The notes beneath the pieces are model-generated. The model was not told the origin of the DNA and made no database searches. It worked only from the letters and a program-made list of their open reading frames with translations. From Gammaproteobacteria bacterium (lineage in GTDB: Bacteria > Pseudomonadota > Gammaproteobacteria > Steroidobacterales > UBA11654): a stretch of 64,000 bases of DNA. The position numbers and the translations under genes are program-made. The stretch's first letter is position 1. Every line of letters starts with the position of its first letter. This document shows, piece by piece, positions 10,559 to 20,574 of the stretch. Location: NCBI GenBank assembly GCA_002717445.1, contig PBDY01000002.1, forward strand, positions 39,186 through 103,185. Reading direction: 5' to 3'.

Positions 10559-12025
10559 GTGAACCAGAAAGTCGGAATCAGTGCAATTACAACCTATGTC
10601 CCTCCTTATCGAGTTGGGCTCGAGGATTGGTGTCATTGGACCAATAGCTCATGGAGTAAGATCAGTAAAATTATCGGCTCTGGCTTCAGAATGCTTGGCC
10701 CTGATGAAAGCATATATACGATGGCTGCAAATGCCGTCCTTAATCTAATTGTCGATAATGAGATTAACCCGGATGAAATCGGTTTTTTGGCACTGGGCAC
10801 TGAATCCAGTACCGATAACTCTGCTGGGACAGTCATCATTAAAGGAATGGTTAATGAAGAACTTAAAAATAGAGGCATGGATCCAATATCCAATCAATGT
10901 GAAGTTCCTGAATTTAAGCAAGCTTGCCTATCAGGCATATATGCACTAAAGAATGCTGTTCGTTACGTTAAATCTGATGCGCCTGAGAAGAAAGCGATTG
11001 TGGTCTGTTCTGATATTGCACTCTATCAGATTGGATCATCGGGGGAACCAACTCAGGGGGCGGGAGCAGTTGCAACATTAATTGAGTCAAATCCTCAGAT
11101 CGCTGAGGTTAAGACTGCATTTTCTGGAAGTTCTTCAGAATATCGTCAAATAGATTTTAGAAAGCCAATTCAGTATCGGGCTCAAAATTTAAATGGACAA
11201 TCTGCTTCAGACTTAGATTTGCCCATTTTCAACGGAAAATATTCTGCAAGTTGTTACATCGATGGAACAATTTCAGCTCTATCAAATATGAGTGAAAACA
11301 GAGGTAAGAGTCTTTCCAAATTATTAAAAGAAGCAATGGCTGTGTTCATGCATAGACCTTTTCATAAAATGCCCATCAATGCGTTTTCTATTTCATACCT
11401 TTATGCATTAGCCAATGGTGACGAAAATGACAATCAAGAACTCGATGATTTAATAGCGCAAGCCGATGTTTCTGAGGGTGAAATTAAAAAAGAGCTTCAA
11501 GAAAAGCCTGATCTCATGTCTTTTCTTCAAACGAATATCAATAAAGATTTATTTCCTCAAACAAATATGGCATTGAAGTTGATACATCAAATAAAACCTT
11601 TCAAGGATCGAGTATTGTCTAAGTTAAAATTGGGTAATGAGTTAACGAAAGAATTGGGTAACATCTATTCAGGCTCTATTTTTGCCTGGTTGGCAGCGGG
11701 TATTGAGGATTCAATGAAAAATGGCAAAACTCTCAATGGCCAAGAAGCATTGTTAATCGGTTATGGAAGTGGCGATGCTGCTGAAGTCATTCCTATTTCC
11801 TTCACTCAAAACTGCTGTGAGAATGAGAGGAATATTAAATATTCTGCCGCATTCATCGAGCCAGTTAATCTGGATCACAATCAATACATAGAACTTAGGA
11901 CAAATAAGGTTCTTGAAGGTGCGGGAGCCAAAAAATCAAAAGGTTTTATCATTAGCAAGATTGGTACACAAGAATCTACCGATTTTCAAGATGCGGGAAT
12001 TGAGTATTACGAGTATCTCAATTAG
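10559..12025 (+). CDS. Hydroxymethylglutaryl-CoA synthase family protein
   Basis: 488-aa ORF with a GTG start. Thiolase-like fold with HMGS-type catalytic residues in context: Glu (LALGTESSTDNS), Cys (EFKQACLSG) and His (MHRPFHKM), plus GNIYSGSIF and GYGSGDAAE blocks. Confidence 0.7.
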   Translation: MNQKVGISAITTYVPPYRVGLEDWCHWTNSSWSKISKIIGSGFRMLGPDESIYTMAANAVLNLIVDNEINPDEIGFLALGTESSTDNSAGTVIIKGMVNEELKNRGMDPISNQCEVPEFKQACLSGIYALKNAVRYVKSDAPEKKAIVVCSDIALYQIGSSGEPTQGAGAVATLIESNPQIAEVKTAFSGSSSEYRQIDFRKPIQYRAQNLNGQSASDLDLPIFNGKYSASCYIDGTISALSNMSENRGKSLSKLLKEAMAVFMHRPFHKMPINAFSISYLYALANGDENDNQELDDLIAQADVSEGEIKKELQEKPDLMSFLQTNINKDLFPQTNMALKLIHQIKPFKDRVLSKLKLGNELTKELGNIYSGSIFAWLAAGIEDSMKNGKTLNGQEALLIGYGSGDAAEVIPISFTQNCCENERNIKYSAAFIEPVNLDHNQYIELRTNKVLEGAGAKKSKGFIISKIGTQESTDFQDAGIEYYEYLN

Positions 12026-12028
12026 TCT

Positions 12029-14050
12029 TTACTCTTCTAAGTATTTTTCATACCAGTCTAAATATCGATCTAATCTATCTTTAATATAGCTTGGCTTACT
12101 TAAGCCATGATTTTCATCTGGATAAATGATCAACTGGGTTGGAATATTGAGATGCTTCAGTGCCTGATACATCTGCTCAGAACCAATTAAAGGGACGTTG
12201 TAGTCTTTTTCTCCAACCAAGAATAATGTCGGTGTTACGATATCATCTGCATTCAGGAATGGATGTGAAACGTTCAGCCATGCATCTAGATTATCCCAAG
12301 GTGTTCCCATCTCAATGATATATTCTCTTATATAATGATCATCCCCAAACCCACTTAAAATATTTGAGATTCCTGCTCCTGAGGTTGCCGCATGAAAACG
12401 GTTATCTTTAGCGATTACGTAGTTTGTAAGCATACTTCCATAACTCCAGCCTCCAATGCCTAACTTGTTATCATCGATATAATCAAGATCGAGTGCAAAA
12501 TCCAATGCTGCACTTATGTCTTTAGAATCTTCAATGCCCCAATTTGCAAAAATAGATTTCTGGAATTCAAAACCCCTTCCTGAGCTACCTCTTGGATTGG
12601 TTACCATCACAACATAACCATTTGAGGCAAAGAGTTGCCAATCAAAATCAAAGTATCTTCCATATTGAGAAACTGGACCACCATGAATTCTTATCATCAA
12701 GGGATATTTCTTTTTTGGATCAAAATCATGCGGCTTAATCATCATTCCATTTATTACAAGATTATCAAAGCTTTGGAATGATATAAGCTCGGTAGGTCCA
12801 ACCAACCTATTTTTTATGAAATCTTCATTCTCTGTGGTAATAGCATCAATTTGACCTTCCTTTAAAAGATATATTTCACTTGGAATATTTGCTGTTGAAG
12901 ATTCGAAGAGAATCTTATCATCTCTTACATAGTAGTTCCTTGAGTAACCATCTAAATACATGTTCTCAGGCGTCACTTCTTCAGAAGTATTATCCATCAA
13001 TGAGTATTTTATGAGTTGACTCTTCATATCATCCTCGAGAATGAAATAAATATTTTGTCCATTTTTTGACCATTGAGGCATAGTCGTATTTCGATCAAGA
13101 TCTTTTGTAATAAAATCAGTTATGCCACTTTCTACATCAATAATTGATACTTCTTGAAGTGCATACCAAAGCATTGCGTGATCACCGCCATGAAGATATG
13201 CAATCTTACTTCCATCAGGACTCCACTGAGGTCTCGATCCCGAGAGAGGTGATGAATCCTCGCTATTATTAGAAGTGAGTTTTCTAGGCTCTTTAGCCTC
13301 TTTTATTTCTTTTATGAAAATATCCCAGTCATTATGTCGATCAAACTCTCCTTCTTTTGTCATAAAAGCGACGTTTTTTCCATCAGGAGAAATAGCAGGA
13401 TGATAATGATCTCTTTGCCCTGATGTTATCTGTTCTTCTTTCTTGGATTTTGTATCAAAAATAAATAAATGATCTCTATTCTTTCCAAGGAATCCTTCAT
13501 AATCTCTTTTAAACTGATAACGATCGATAACGATTGGGGGAGGCGTCTCATCACTGATCTCTTCCTCAGAATTTTTGACGCCTATGAAAGCAATTGTTTT
13601 TTCATCTTTGGATACATCATAGTCAGTGATATTTCCATCGAAATGAGTCACTCTTTTTTTAACTCTGTTAGAAAGATTCAGAGACCATACTTGGGTATTA
13701 TTTTTTCTAGATTCGCTTATTCCAGATGATAGGAAATAGATTGATTTTGAGTCACTTGAGAACTTCACTGATGAGAAACTCATACCTTTCTCCCCTAGGG
13801 ATTCTAATAATTTTAGTTTCTTCCCTTTTTTAGTATCAAGAAAATAAAGGGTTCTTCTAAAATCATCTTCTTTTTTATTTGCCTTGCCGGTTATAAATAC
13901 GAGACCACTTCCATCATTGGAAACATCAGAAAGAAAGACACTTCTCATAGAATATACGTCTTCAGTCTTGAATGAATTATCTGCATGTAAGGGTGAAAAT
14001 ATGAATATTGAAACTAAAAAGAAAATAAACTTGTTTTGATTCATAACCAT
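12029..14050 (-). CDS. S9 family serine peptidase with N-terminal beta-propeller (secreted)
   Basis: 673-aa ORF with a signal peptide, TolB/WD40-like repeats (SPDG.. motifs) and a C-terminal catalytic domain carrying GGWSYGS (GxSxG) and DENHGLS. Confidence 0.85.
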   Translation of the reverse strand: MVMNQNKFIFFLVSIFIFSPLHADNSFKTEDVYSMRSVFLSDVSNDGSGLVFITGKANKKEDDFRRTLYFLDTKKGKKLKLLESLGEKGMSFSSVKFSSDSKSIYFLSSGISESRKNNTQVWSLNLSNRVKKRVTHFDGNITDYDVSKDEKTIAFIGVKNSEEEISDETPPPIVIDRYQFKRDYEGFLGKNRDHLFIFDTKSKKEEQITSGQRDHYHPAISPDGKNVAFMTKEGEFDRHNDWDIFIKEIKEAKEPRKLTSNNSEDSSPLSGSRPQWSPDGSKIAYLHGGDHAMLWYALQEVSIIDVESGITDFITKDLDRNTTMPQWSKNGQNIYFILEDDMKSQLIKYSLMDNTSEEVTPENMYLDGYSRNYYVRDDKILFESSTANIPSEIYLLKEGQIDAITTENEDFIKNRLVGPTELISFQSFDNLVINGMMIKPHDFDPKKKYPLMIRIHGGPVSQYGRYFDFDWQLFASNGYVVMVTNPRGSSGRGFEFQKSIFANWGIEDSKDISAALDFALDLDYIDDNKLGIGGWSYGSMLTNYVIAKDNRFHAATSGAGISNILSGFGDDHYIREYIIEMGTPWDNLDAWLNVSHPFLNADDIVTPTLFLVGEKDYNVPLIGSEQMYQALKHLNIPTQLIIYPDENHGLSKPSYIKDRLDRYLDWYEKYLEE

Positions 14051-15597
14051 TACTCTATATCCTGAGGACGATGTTTATCATGCTTAAGTGTTTTTAACAT
14101 GCAATATATAAAAATTGGAAATAAGATCAGTAAAGGCGGTGACATGAGTAAGATAACATCCATTGCGATTCGATTACTGTCTATTAAAAATAAGCATGCT
14201 GGGAGTATTGAGAGTACAAATGCCCAAATCAATCGGTTATTTTGGTTTGGCTCGGTTTCTTCGTTTGTTACCTCTTGAACATGAGATGCCAGAATGTATG
14301 AAACTGAATCATAAGATGTGGCGATAAATATAATCACAATCAAGCAATACGCCAATACAAACATTTCACCAAAGGGTAGGGTCATGAGAACTTTAGTGGC
14401 TGTTGCCTGGTGTCCAATATCTGTGAGTGTTTGTGAAACATTCATTTGCCCAGTTAATTCCAAATTCATCGAATAGTTTCCTAAAATGGAAAAGAACAAA
14501 AAGCACCCAAGAGACCCAAAAACTAACATTCCCAAAACCACTTCTTTTAAAGTTCTCCCTCTTGAGACTCTGGCTACAAATAGTCCAACCTGAGGCCCAA
14601 GTGCTATCCACCATGCCCAATAGAATATGGTCCATGCTTCAGCAAATTCTGAATCCTCTGTAATACCAAGAGTATTCATTGCAAAAAAGTTCCTGCCCAT
14701 TTCTACCAATGAATTAGCAGTCAAAGTGAGTATTTCAGTGGCGGGGCCAAGGACTAAAATTGCCAAAAGAAAAATGATGGAGATCAAGATATTAATATTA
14801 CTGATAACCCTGATACCACTATATATTCCTCGATAAACACTGAAGGCAAATAGCCCTGTGCAGACAGCGAGCATTGATAAATCAAGATTAAGATCATGAT
14901 CTATATTCAGAAGCTCTGAGAAACCTGCTCCAATCACAGGAACATACATCCCAATTGTTCCACCAGATGCCCCAATTAAAACAATCACAAATATGAAATC
15001 GACGATTCGTCCCATCGTTGTCTTTTCAATAACATTTTCTTTTGAGGTTCTTAATGCTGAGCTTAGCCGAAGAGATCCAATGTTGTATTTATAAAATGGA
15101 ACAGCCACCGCTATGGCTGGTATGGTGTAAAGAGCCCATCCCGTGAGCCCCCAGTGAAAAACACCATAAGCAGATGCAAGGTGATAAGCTCTATCTGAGA
15201 ACGGCTCAATGCCAAATAAACCTTCGCCCGCATAATATGCCCATTCAACAACCGACCAATATAGAATTCCTCCACCGATTCCTGAGCAGAAGAGCATGGA
15301 TGCCCAACTGAATAAAGAGTAGTCTGGATCGATATCATTTCCACCTAATCGGTGGTTGCCAAATCTTGAGAAAGCAATGAACAGGACAAAGAGAAGCATG
15401 CATGCACCAAATAGCATATACGTTGGCCCAAAGATATCCACGGTCCATAAATAGGTACCTCTAATAAATTCAGCGGATTCTTTTGGGTAAAATGCAATAG
15501 GTGTTGCGATTAATAGAATGGCCCCCAATACTGAGAACATAGTGACCTTATCGGTAGTTCTATTTTTCCCCATCAATGACCATTTTAGATTCGGCAT
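14050..15597 (-). CDS. BCCT family transporter (betaine/carnitine/choline type)
   Basis: BCCT signature WTIFYWAWWIALGPQVGLFVARVSRGRTLKE. The start is placed at the ATG (MPNLKW..) rather than the TTG at 15651, so it is uncertain by about 50 nt. The stop forms a TAATG junction with the peptidase start. Confidence 0.85.
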   Translation of the reverse strand: MPNLKWSLMGKNRTTDKVTMFSVLGAILLIATPIAFYPKESAEFIRGTYLWTVDIFGPTYMLFGACMLLFVLFIAFSRFGNHRLGGNDIDPDYSLFSWASMLFCSGIGGGILYWSVVEWAYYAGEGLFGIEPFSDRAYHLASAYGVFHWGLTGWALYTIPAIAVAVPFYKYNIGSLRLSSALRTSKENVIEKTTMGRIVDFIFVIVLIGASGGTIGMYVPVIGAGFSELLNIDHDLNLDLSMLAVCTGLFAFSVYRGIYSGIRVISNINILISIIFLLAILVLGPATEILTLTANSLVEMGRNFFAMNTLGITEDSEFAEAWTIFYWAWWIALGPQVGLFVARVSRGRTLKEVVLGMLVFGSLGCFLFFSILGNYSMNLELTGQMNVSQTLTDIGHQATATKVLMTLPFGEMFVLAYCLIVIIFIATSYDSVSYILASHVQEVTNEETEPNQNNRLIWAFVLSILPACLFLIDSNRIAMDVILLMSPPLLILFPIFIYCMLKTLKHDKHRPQDIE

Positions 15598-15789
15598 GAT
15601 TCTTTGCCATTTCACCAACCATGAAGAATTCAAAGGTCGTAAGCACAACAAAGATTAAAAAAAATACAGACAGGGTTATGATCGTTTCTCTCACTTTTCA
15701 CTCGAAAATAATTGTTATACGGTGCGTCTTTCTGTGAAGACATAAGAAGTGTATCATATAAGATTCTAGCCTTAATTTTAATTAGAAAT

Positions 15790-16596
15790 ATGACTACAGC
15801 CAAAGATATTGATAGAAACCAAGGAAAGCTTCCACAGAAAGAAAAAGGTTCGTTGACTCCAATTGCAACAAAAAACGTAGAAGAGTTAAGAAGACAACAA
15901 TTGGAAAGGCTTGCAGCTTCGTTTAGATTATTTGCACATTATGGTTTTGATGAGGGATTGGCTGGACATATAACGCTTAGAGATCCTGAATTTAATGACC
16001 ATTTTTGGGTCAATCCATTGGGCATGAATTTTTCTCACATAACAGTTTCAGACTTACTTTTAGTAAAAGAAGACGGGGAGATTATTCAAGGGGCTAGACC
16101 AATCAACCCTGCAGCTTTTTTCATCCATTCTGCGATTCATAAAGCAAGACCCGATGTGAACTCAGCGGCACACGCTCATTCAATATATGGGAGAACTTTT
16201 TCCACATTGGGAAAAGTTTTGGATCCAATCACTCAAGATGCAGCTATGTTCTTTGAAGAACAATCACTTTATTCTGATTACGGCGGCGTGGCTTTTGATA
16301 AAGACGAGGGCGAAGAGATAGCCAAAGCATTGGGAGATAAGCGCACTGCAATTCTTCAAAACCATGGTCTTTTGACAACAGGTCAGACAGTGGATGTGGC
16401 CGCATGGTTATTTATTTCTATGGATAAATGTTGCCAAAGTCAGTTAATGGCAGAAGCCGCTGGAGACCCAATTATTATTGATGATGAGACGGCAGAACAT
16501 GCCAAGAAGCAGGCAGGCACTGATTTAATTCTTTGGGCAAGTTTTCAACCTCTGTATGATCTTATATACGAATTATCCCCCGACTTTTTGGATTAG
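15790..16596 (+). CDS. Class II aldolase/adducin family protein
   Basis: Adducin-head/class II aldolase blocks (GHITLRDP, SAAHAHS, ILQNHGLLT). The start is set at ATG 15790; the 26-codon upstream extension begins with TTG and looks non-coding. Confidence 0.8.
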   Translation: MTTAKDIDRNQGKLPQKEKGSLTPIATKNVEELRRQQLERLAASFRLFAHYGFDEGLAGHITLRDPEFNDHFWVNPLGMNFSHITVSDLLLVKEDGEIIQGARPINPAAFFIHSAIHKARPDVNSAAHAHSIYGRTFSTLGKVLDPITQDAAMFFEEQSLYSDYGGVAFDKDEGEEIAKALGDKRTAILQNHGLLTTGQTVDVAAWLFISMDKCCQSQLMAEAAGDPIIIDDETAEHAKKQAGTDLILWASFQPLYDLIYELSPDFLD

Positions 16597-16599
16597 AGC

Positions 16600-18006
16600 A
16601 TGCATCAAATATTAGAAAAACAAAAAATTCAATCCAGGCGTCAAACATACCCCAGCCTCTCCATTCGAATGGATCGATTGGACCGCATGCTTGATATGAT
16701 GCTGGAGTATCAAACCCAAATACCAAAAGCGCTTTCAGAAGATTTTGGTCATCGGCCAGAAATGTTGTCTAAATTGTCTGAATTAGCAGCCACATTCGAA
16801 TCAATACACTACATTAAGAAGAATCTAAAATCGTGGATGAAGCCCGAGAAAAGGAAGGCCTCTGCTCCTTTTAACTTGTTTGGCGCTAAAGCCTATATAG
16901 ATTATCAACCCTTGGGCGTTGTAGGCATTATTAGCCCATGGAATTATCCATTTAATTTAACCTATGCACCCCTGGCAGTGATACTGGCTGCCGGGAATAG
17001 GGCAATGATTAAACCATCTGAGTTTACCCCCAGGTCTTCGAGTTTAATGAAATCCATGATCAACAAATATTTTGATGATGATGAAGTTGAGGTATTTCCA
17101 GGAGATGCTTCTGTGGGCCAAGAGTTTAGCTCACTTCATTTTGATCACCTTTTATTTACTGGCTCGACTTCAGTGGCAAAAAAAGTCATGGAAGCTGCAT
17201 CTAAAAACTTAGTTCCAGTGACCCTTGAGCTCGGAGGAAAATCACCTGCAATCATTGGTGATAGTGCAGACTTAAAGAAAGCATCAGATAGAATCTGGAA
17301 TGGAAAACTAATGAACGCAGGACAAACTTGCATCGCTCCTGATTATGTTTATATCAAAGAAGAAATGCTTGGCGATTGGATCGAAGCATCTAAAAATTCG
17401 ATTTCATTGATGTATCCCTCTATTTTTGACAATGATGATTACACTTCAGTGATCAATCAAGGCCATTATGAAAGGCTTCATAGCTATATTGAGGATGCCA
17501 GTAATCAAGGAGCTGAAGTCATTGAGATCAATCCGTCAAATGAGTCTAAATCAGAGAAATCTCACAATAAGATGATGCCAACAATTATTCTGAATGCAAC
17601 CGATGACATGCTGGTGATGAAAGAGGAAATATTTGGCCCCATCATGCCGGTGAAAACCTATAACCAGATTGATGAAGCTGTGGATTATATTAATCTTCAT
17701 GAGAGACCACTTGGACTTTATTATTTTGGAAGCAAACAGAGCGAAGAAAAATTCGTGATGTCCAATACGGTTTCAGGTGGAGCAGCGCTGAATGACGTCA
17801 TTTTCCAATTCGTTCAAGAGGATCTACCATTTGGTGGGATTGGCCCAAGCGGAATGGGGCATTACCACGGAATAGAAGGGTTTAGAACCTTTTCTCATGC
17901 AAGAGGTGTTTATAAGCAAACACCGATGGAGAGTGTTTTAAAACTAATGCGACCACCTTTTGGTAAATTGCTTGACCAAGTTATTTCAACCAAAATAAAA
18001 AAGTAA
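16600..18006 (+). CDS. NAD(P)-dependent aldehyde dehydrogenase (coniferyl-aldehyde dehydrogenase-like)
   Basis: 468-aa ORF with ELGGKSP and NAGQTCIAPDY catalytic blocks. The N-terminal region resembles the CalB-type ALDH group. Confidence 0.85.
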   Translation: MHQILEKQKIQSRRQTYPSLSIRMDRLDRMLDMMLEYQTQIPKALSEDFGHRPEMLSKLSELAATFESIHYIKKNLKSWMKPEKRKASAPFNLFGAKAYIDYQPLGVVGIISPWNYPFNLTYAPLAVILAAGNRAMIKPSEFTPRSSSLMKSMINKYFDDDEVEVFPGDASVGQEFSSLHFDHLLFTGSTSVAKKVMEAASKNLVPVTLELGGKSPAIIGDSADLKKASDRIWNGKLMNAGQTCIAPDYVYIKEEMLGDWIEASKNSISLMYPSIFDNDDYTSVINQGHYERLHSYIEDASNQGAEVIEINPSNESKSEKSHNKMMPTIILNATDDMLVMKEEIFGPIMPVKTYNQIDEAVDYINLHERPLGLYYFGSKQSEEKFVMSNTVSGGAALNDVIFQFVQEDLPFGGIGPSGMGHYHGIEGFRTFSHARGVYKQTPMESVLKLMRPPFGKLLDQVISTKIKK

Positions 18007-18372
18007 TTGACCCTTCCGATTAATTCACTGATAAAAGACAAGTTACATGATCTCGGCATCGATGTAATCGACAGGCATATTTTTCTCTGCGCTGATCAAA
18101 CTGAACCCAAGTGTGCGTCTAAGATGAAAACCCTGGAATCTTGGGAGTTCCTTAAATCCAGGCTGACTGAACTCGAGATTGATAATCGGGGCGGCATATA
18201 CCGCTCAAAAGTTAATTGCTTAAGGGTTTGTACAAGTGGTCCGATCGCGGTTGTCTATCCGGATGCTGTTTGGTATCAAAATTGCACCCCAGAAGTTCTA
18301 GAGATGATCATCCAGGAGCATTTGATTGGTGGTAAGGTTGTTGATGAATATGTTATTTCAAAGCCGAATTAA
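18007..18372 (+). CDS. Thioredoxin-like [2Fe-2S] ferredoxin family protein
   Basis: 121-aa ORF with a TTG start directly after the ALDH stop. The Cys pattern [11 protein letters not shown] (C-x7-C) plus CLRVCTSGP (C-x3-C) fits this family. Confidence 0.6.
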   Translation: MTLPINSLIKDKLHDLGIDVIDRHIFLCADQTEPKCASKMKTLESWEFLKSRLTELEIDNRGGIYRSKVNCLRVCTSGPIAVVYPDAVWYQNCTPEVLEMIIQEHLIGGKVVDEYVISKPN

Positions 18373-20455
18373 TGGTTTCGAATAAGTAGGTCTCATTTGC
18401 TCTTTGGATAAGATATGCATGAATGTCTTTTGCATCCTGTTCACTCAAACGGCTTGCAAAGCCAACCATTCCTTTCTCGGTATAAAGACCGCCAAGTGTG
18501 ATGGCATTGAATTTTTTATGTGTGCCTTCAGACATATATCGAAGGTCTGCCAATACTCCTCCCCCCACAGCACCAGCACCGTGACACATATGACACTCCC
18601 AGTGATACAAATCTTCACCTCTGGCGATACTGGTTTGATCTTCGATTGGTGAAGGGGGTTTAGGCATTTCCCTACTGGCGGGTCTTTCAGGCAACAGAAC
18701 ATCTCCATCCAGAGCAAAAGTTACGATCCGAGCATTTATAGGACCGCCTGAATATTTTGGCGGGAGACCAGCTTGAAGCGCAAACACTCCACCATAACCG
18801 GCAACTACAGTGACGTATTGTTTTCCATCAATGCTATATGTAATGGGTGCGGCAATGATTCCAGTTTTTAAATCTTTGCTCCATTTTTTCTCACCAGTCT
18901 TTGCATTGTATGCAATCAGTTCACCATCAGATGTGCCCTGAAAGACGAGATTACCATTTGTCGATAGGGTCCCACCGTTCCATGGAAGGGTTAAGTATTG
19001 GTTCCAGACCTCCTTTTGTTGGACCGGATCCCATGCGCTCAGTCTCCCTCTGACACTTTTTGCCAATAGCATTAATTGAAGGAGATTCTTAGGAGGTGCC
19101 ATGACTGTTAAATCTCCAGCAGTATTCCACCCTTTTTGATCGTATTCATAATCATCATCTTTCTTCATTGGCATGTATAGTTCTTGTGCTGGAATATATA
19201 CCAATCCTGTCTCAGGATTGTATGACATTGGCATCCAGTTATGTCCACCCAGAGCCCCAGGGAAGATTAATATTTTGGCTTCATCGTAATCGCCAAGCTC
19301 TGTTTTGACAGGTCTTCCTGTTTCCAGATCAATACGGCTGGCCCATGTCGCTTGAACGTACTTTTCCGCAGACAAAAGCTTCCCGTTAATCCGATCGATG
19401 ACATAAAAAAATCCATTCTTTGGCGCCTGCATTAGAACTTTTCTTGATTCACCATTGATAGTGATGTCGGCTAGGATTATGTGCTGGGTTGCGGTGTAAT
19501 CCCAATTGTCTCCAGGAGTTGTTTGATAATGCCACACATATTCACCAGTGTCTGGCTTAAGCGCAACAATCGAGGATACGAACAGATTGTCTCCACCACC
19601 CGGGCTTCTGATTTTATAATTCCATGGTGAAGCATTGCCTGTTCCAATGTAGAGAAGATCCAGTTCTGGATCATATGCCATTGAGTCCCAAACGGTTCCA
19701 CCACCACCATATTTCCACCATTTGGAGCCTTTCCAAGTTTCTGCAGCCATTTCCATTGCTGAATTCTCAAATCCTTCTTCAGGGTTTCCAGGTACTGTAT
19801 AAAAACGCCATTCCATTTTCCCATCGAGTGCATCATAAGCACTGACATATCCTCTGACCCCAAAGTCTGCGCCACCATTACCAATGATGACCTTTCCTTT
19901 AATAACTCTTGGCGCACCCGTGATACTATATGGCTTAGTGTCATCTACGGTCATGGTTTCCCAAATTAATGTTCCCTTATTCGCATCAAGTGCGACGAGT
20001 CTCCCATCCAATGTACCTACAAATACCTTACCTTCCCAAATGGCGACTCCTCGATTAACGACATCGCAACATATAAAATAAGCTTTTTCTTTTGGCACTT
20101 CAGGGTCAAACTTCCAAAGCAATTCACCTGATAGAGCATTGTGTGCATAAACAACACTCCAAGCACCGGTTGTGAACATTACCCCATCGGAAACAATGGG
20201 AGTTGCTTCATGACCCCTATTGCTATCAAGATCGGCAAACCATTCGATTCCAAGACGATCTATATTCTCATTGCTGATTTGCTTCAGTTCACTGAATCGT
20301 TGTTCATCATACGTTCTGCCATGCGACAGCCATTCTTGACTGTTCTTTTTTGATGAGATGATGGAATCTTCATTGACTTGAAAATCATCTCCGTGAGCAT
20401 TCCATAGAAATAGAGCACAGATTGGAATGGCTATTTTTTTTGAGAAGAATTTCAT
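18353..20455 (-). CDS. PQQ-dependent quinohemoprotein alcohol dehydrogenase (type II)
   Basis: 700-aa ORF with a signal peptide, the vicinal Cys pair [11 protein letters not shown], propeller W-repeats and a C-terminal heme-c site CHMCHG. Confidence 0.85.
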   Translation of the reverse strand: MKFFSKKIAIPICALFLWNAHGDDFQVNEDSIISSKKNSQEWLSHGRTYDEQRFSELKQISNENIDRLGIEWFADLDSNRGHEATPIVSDGVMFTTGAWSVVYAHNALSGELLWKFDPEVPKEKAYFICCDVVNRGVAIWEGKVFVGTLDGRLVALDANKGTLIWETMTVDDTKPYSITGAPRVIKGKVIIGNGGADFGVRGYVSAYDALDGKMEWRFYTVPGNPEEGFENSAMEMAAETWKGSKWWKYGGGGTVWDSMAYDPELDLLYIGTGNASPWNYKIRSPGGGDNLFVSSIVALKPDTGEYVWHYQTTPGDNWDYTATQHIILADITINGESRKVLMQAPKNGFFYVIDRINGKLLSAEKYVQATWASRIDLETGRPVKTELGDYDEAKILIFPGALGGHNWMPMSYNPETGLVYIPAQELYMPMKKDDDYEYDQKGWNTAGDLTVMAPPKNLLQLMLLAKSVRGRLSAWDPVQQKEVWNQYLTLPWNGGTLSTNGNLVFQGTSDGELIAYNAKTGEKKWSKDLKTGIIAAPITYSIDGKQYVTVVAGYGGVFALQAGLPPKYSGGPINARIVTFALDGDVLLPERPASREMPKPPSPIEDQTSIARGEDLYHWECHMCHGAGAVGGGVLADLRYMSEGTHKKFNAITLGGLYTEKGMVGFASRLSEQDAKDIHAYLIQRANETYLFETINSALK

Positions 20456-20574
20456 AAAAATATTCTACAACAAAAATGTTTTGATTATTTTGAAGTTAAA
20501 AACTTCTTCGAGGTTGTTTGACTTTTGGTTGAATTTATATTTCTCTATGAAAACTAGAAATTAAAGGGGGAATC

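Noticed and set aside
15598-15789. Longer TTG-initiated versions of the BCCT (to 15651) and aldolase (from 15712) ORFs
   Set aside because: The extensions have no family-like sequence and would nearly abolish the divergent promoter region. The internal ATG starts give sensible N-termini. The exact starts remain uncertain.
20456-20574. Small hairpin GAAGTT-AAAA-AACTTC in the divergent region between the PQQ-ADH and the amidohydrolase
   Set aside because: The stem is 6 bp and AT-rich with no T-tract, and it sits between divergent starts where a terminator makes no sense. It is probably chance.
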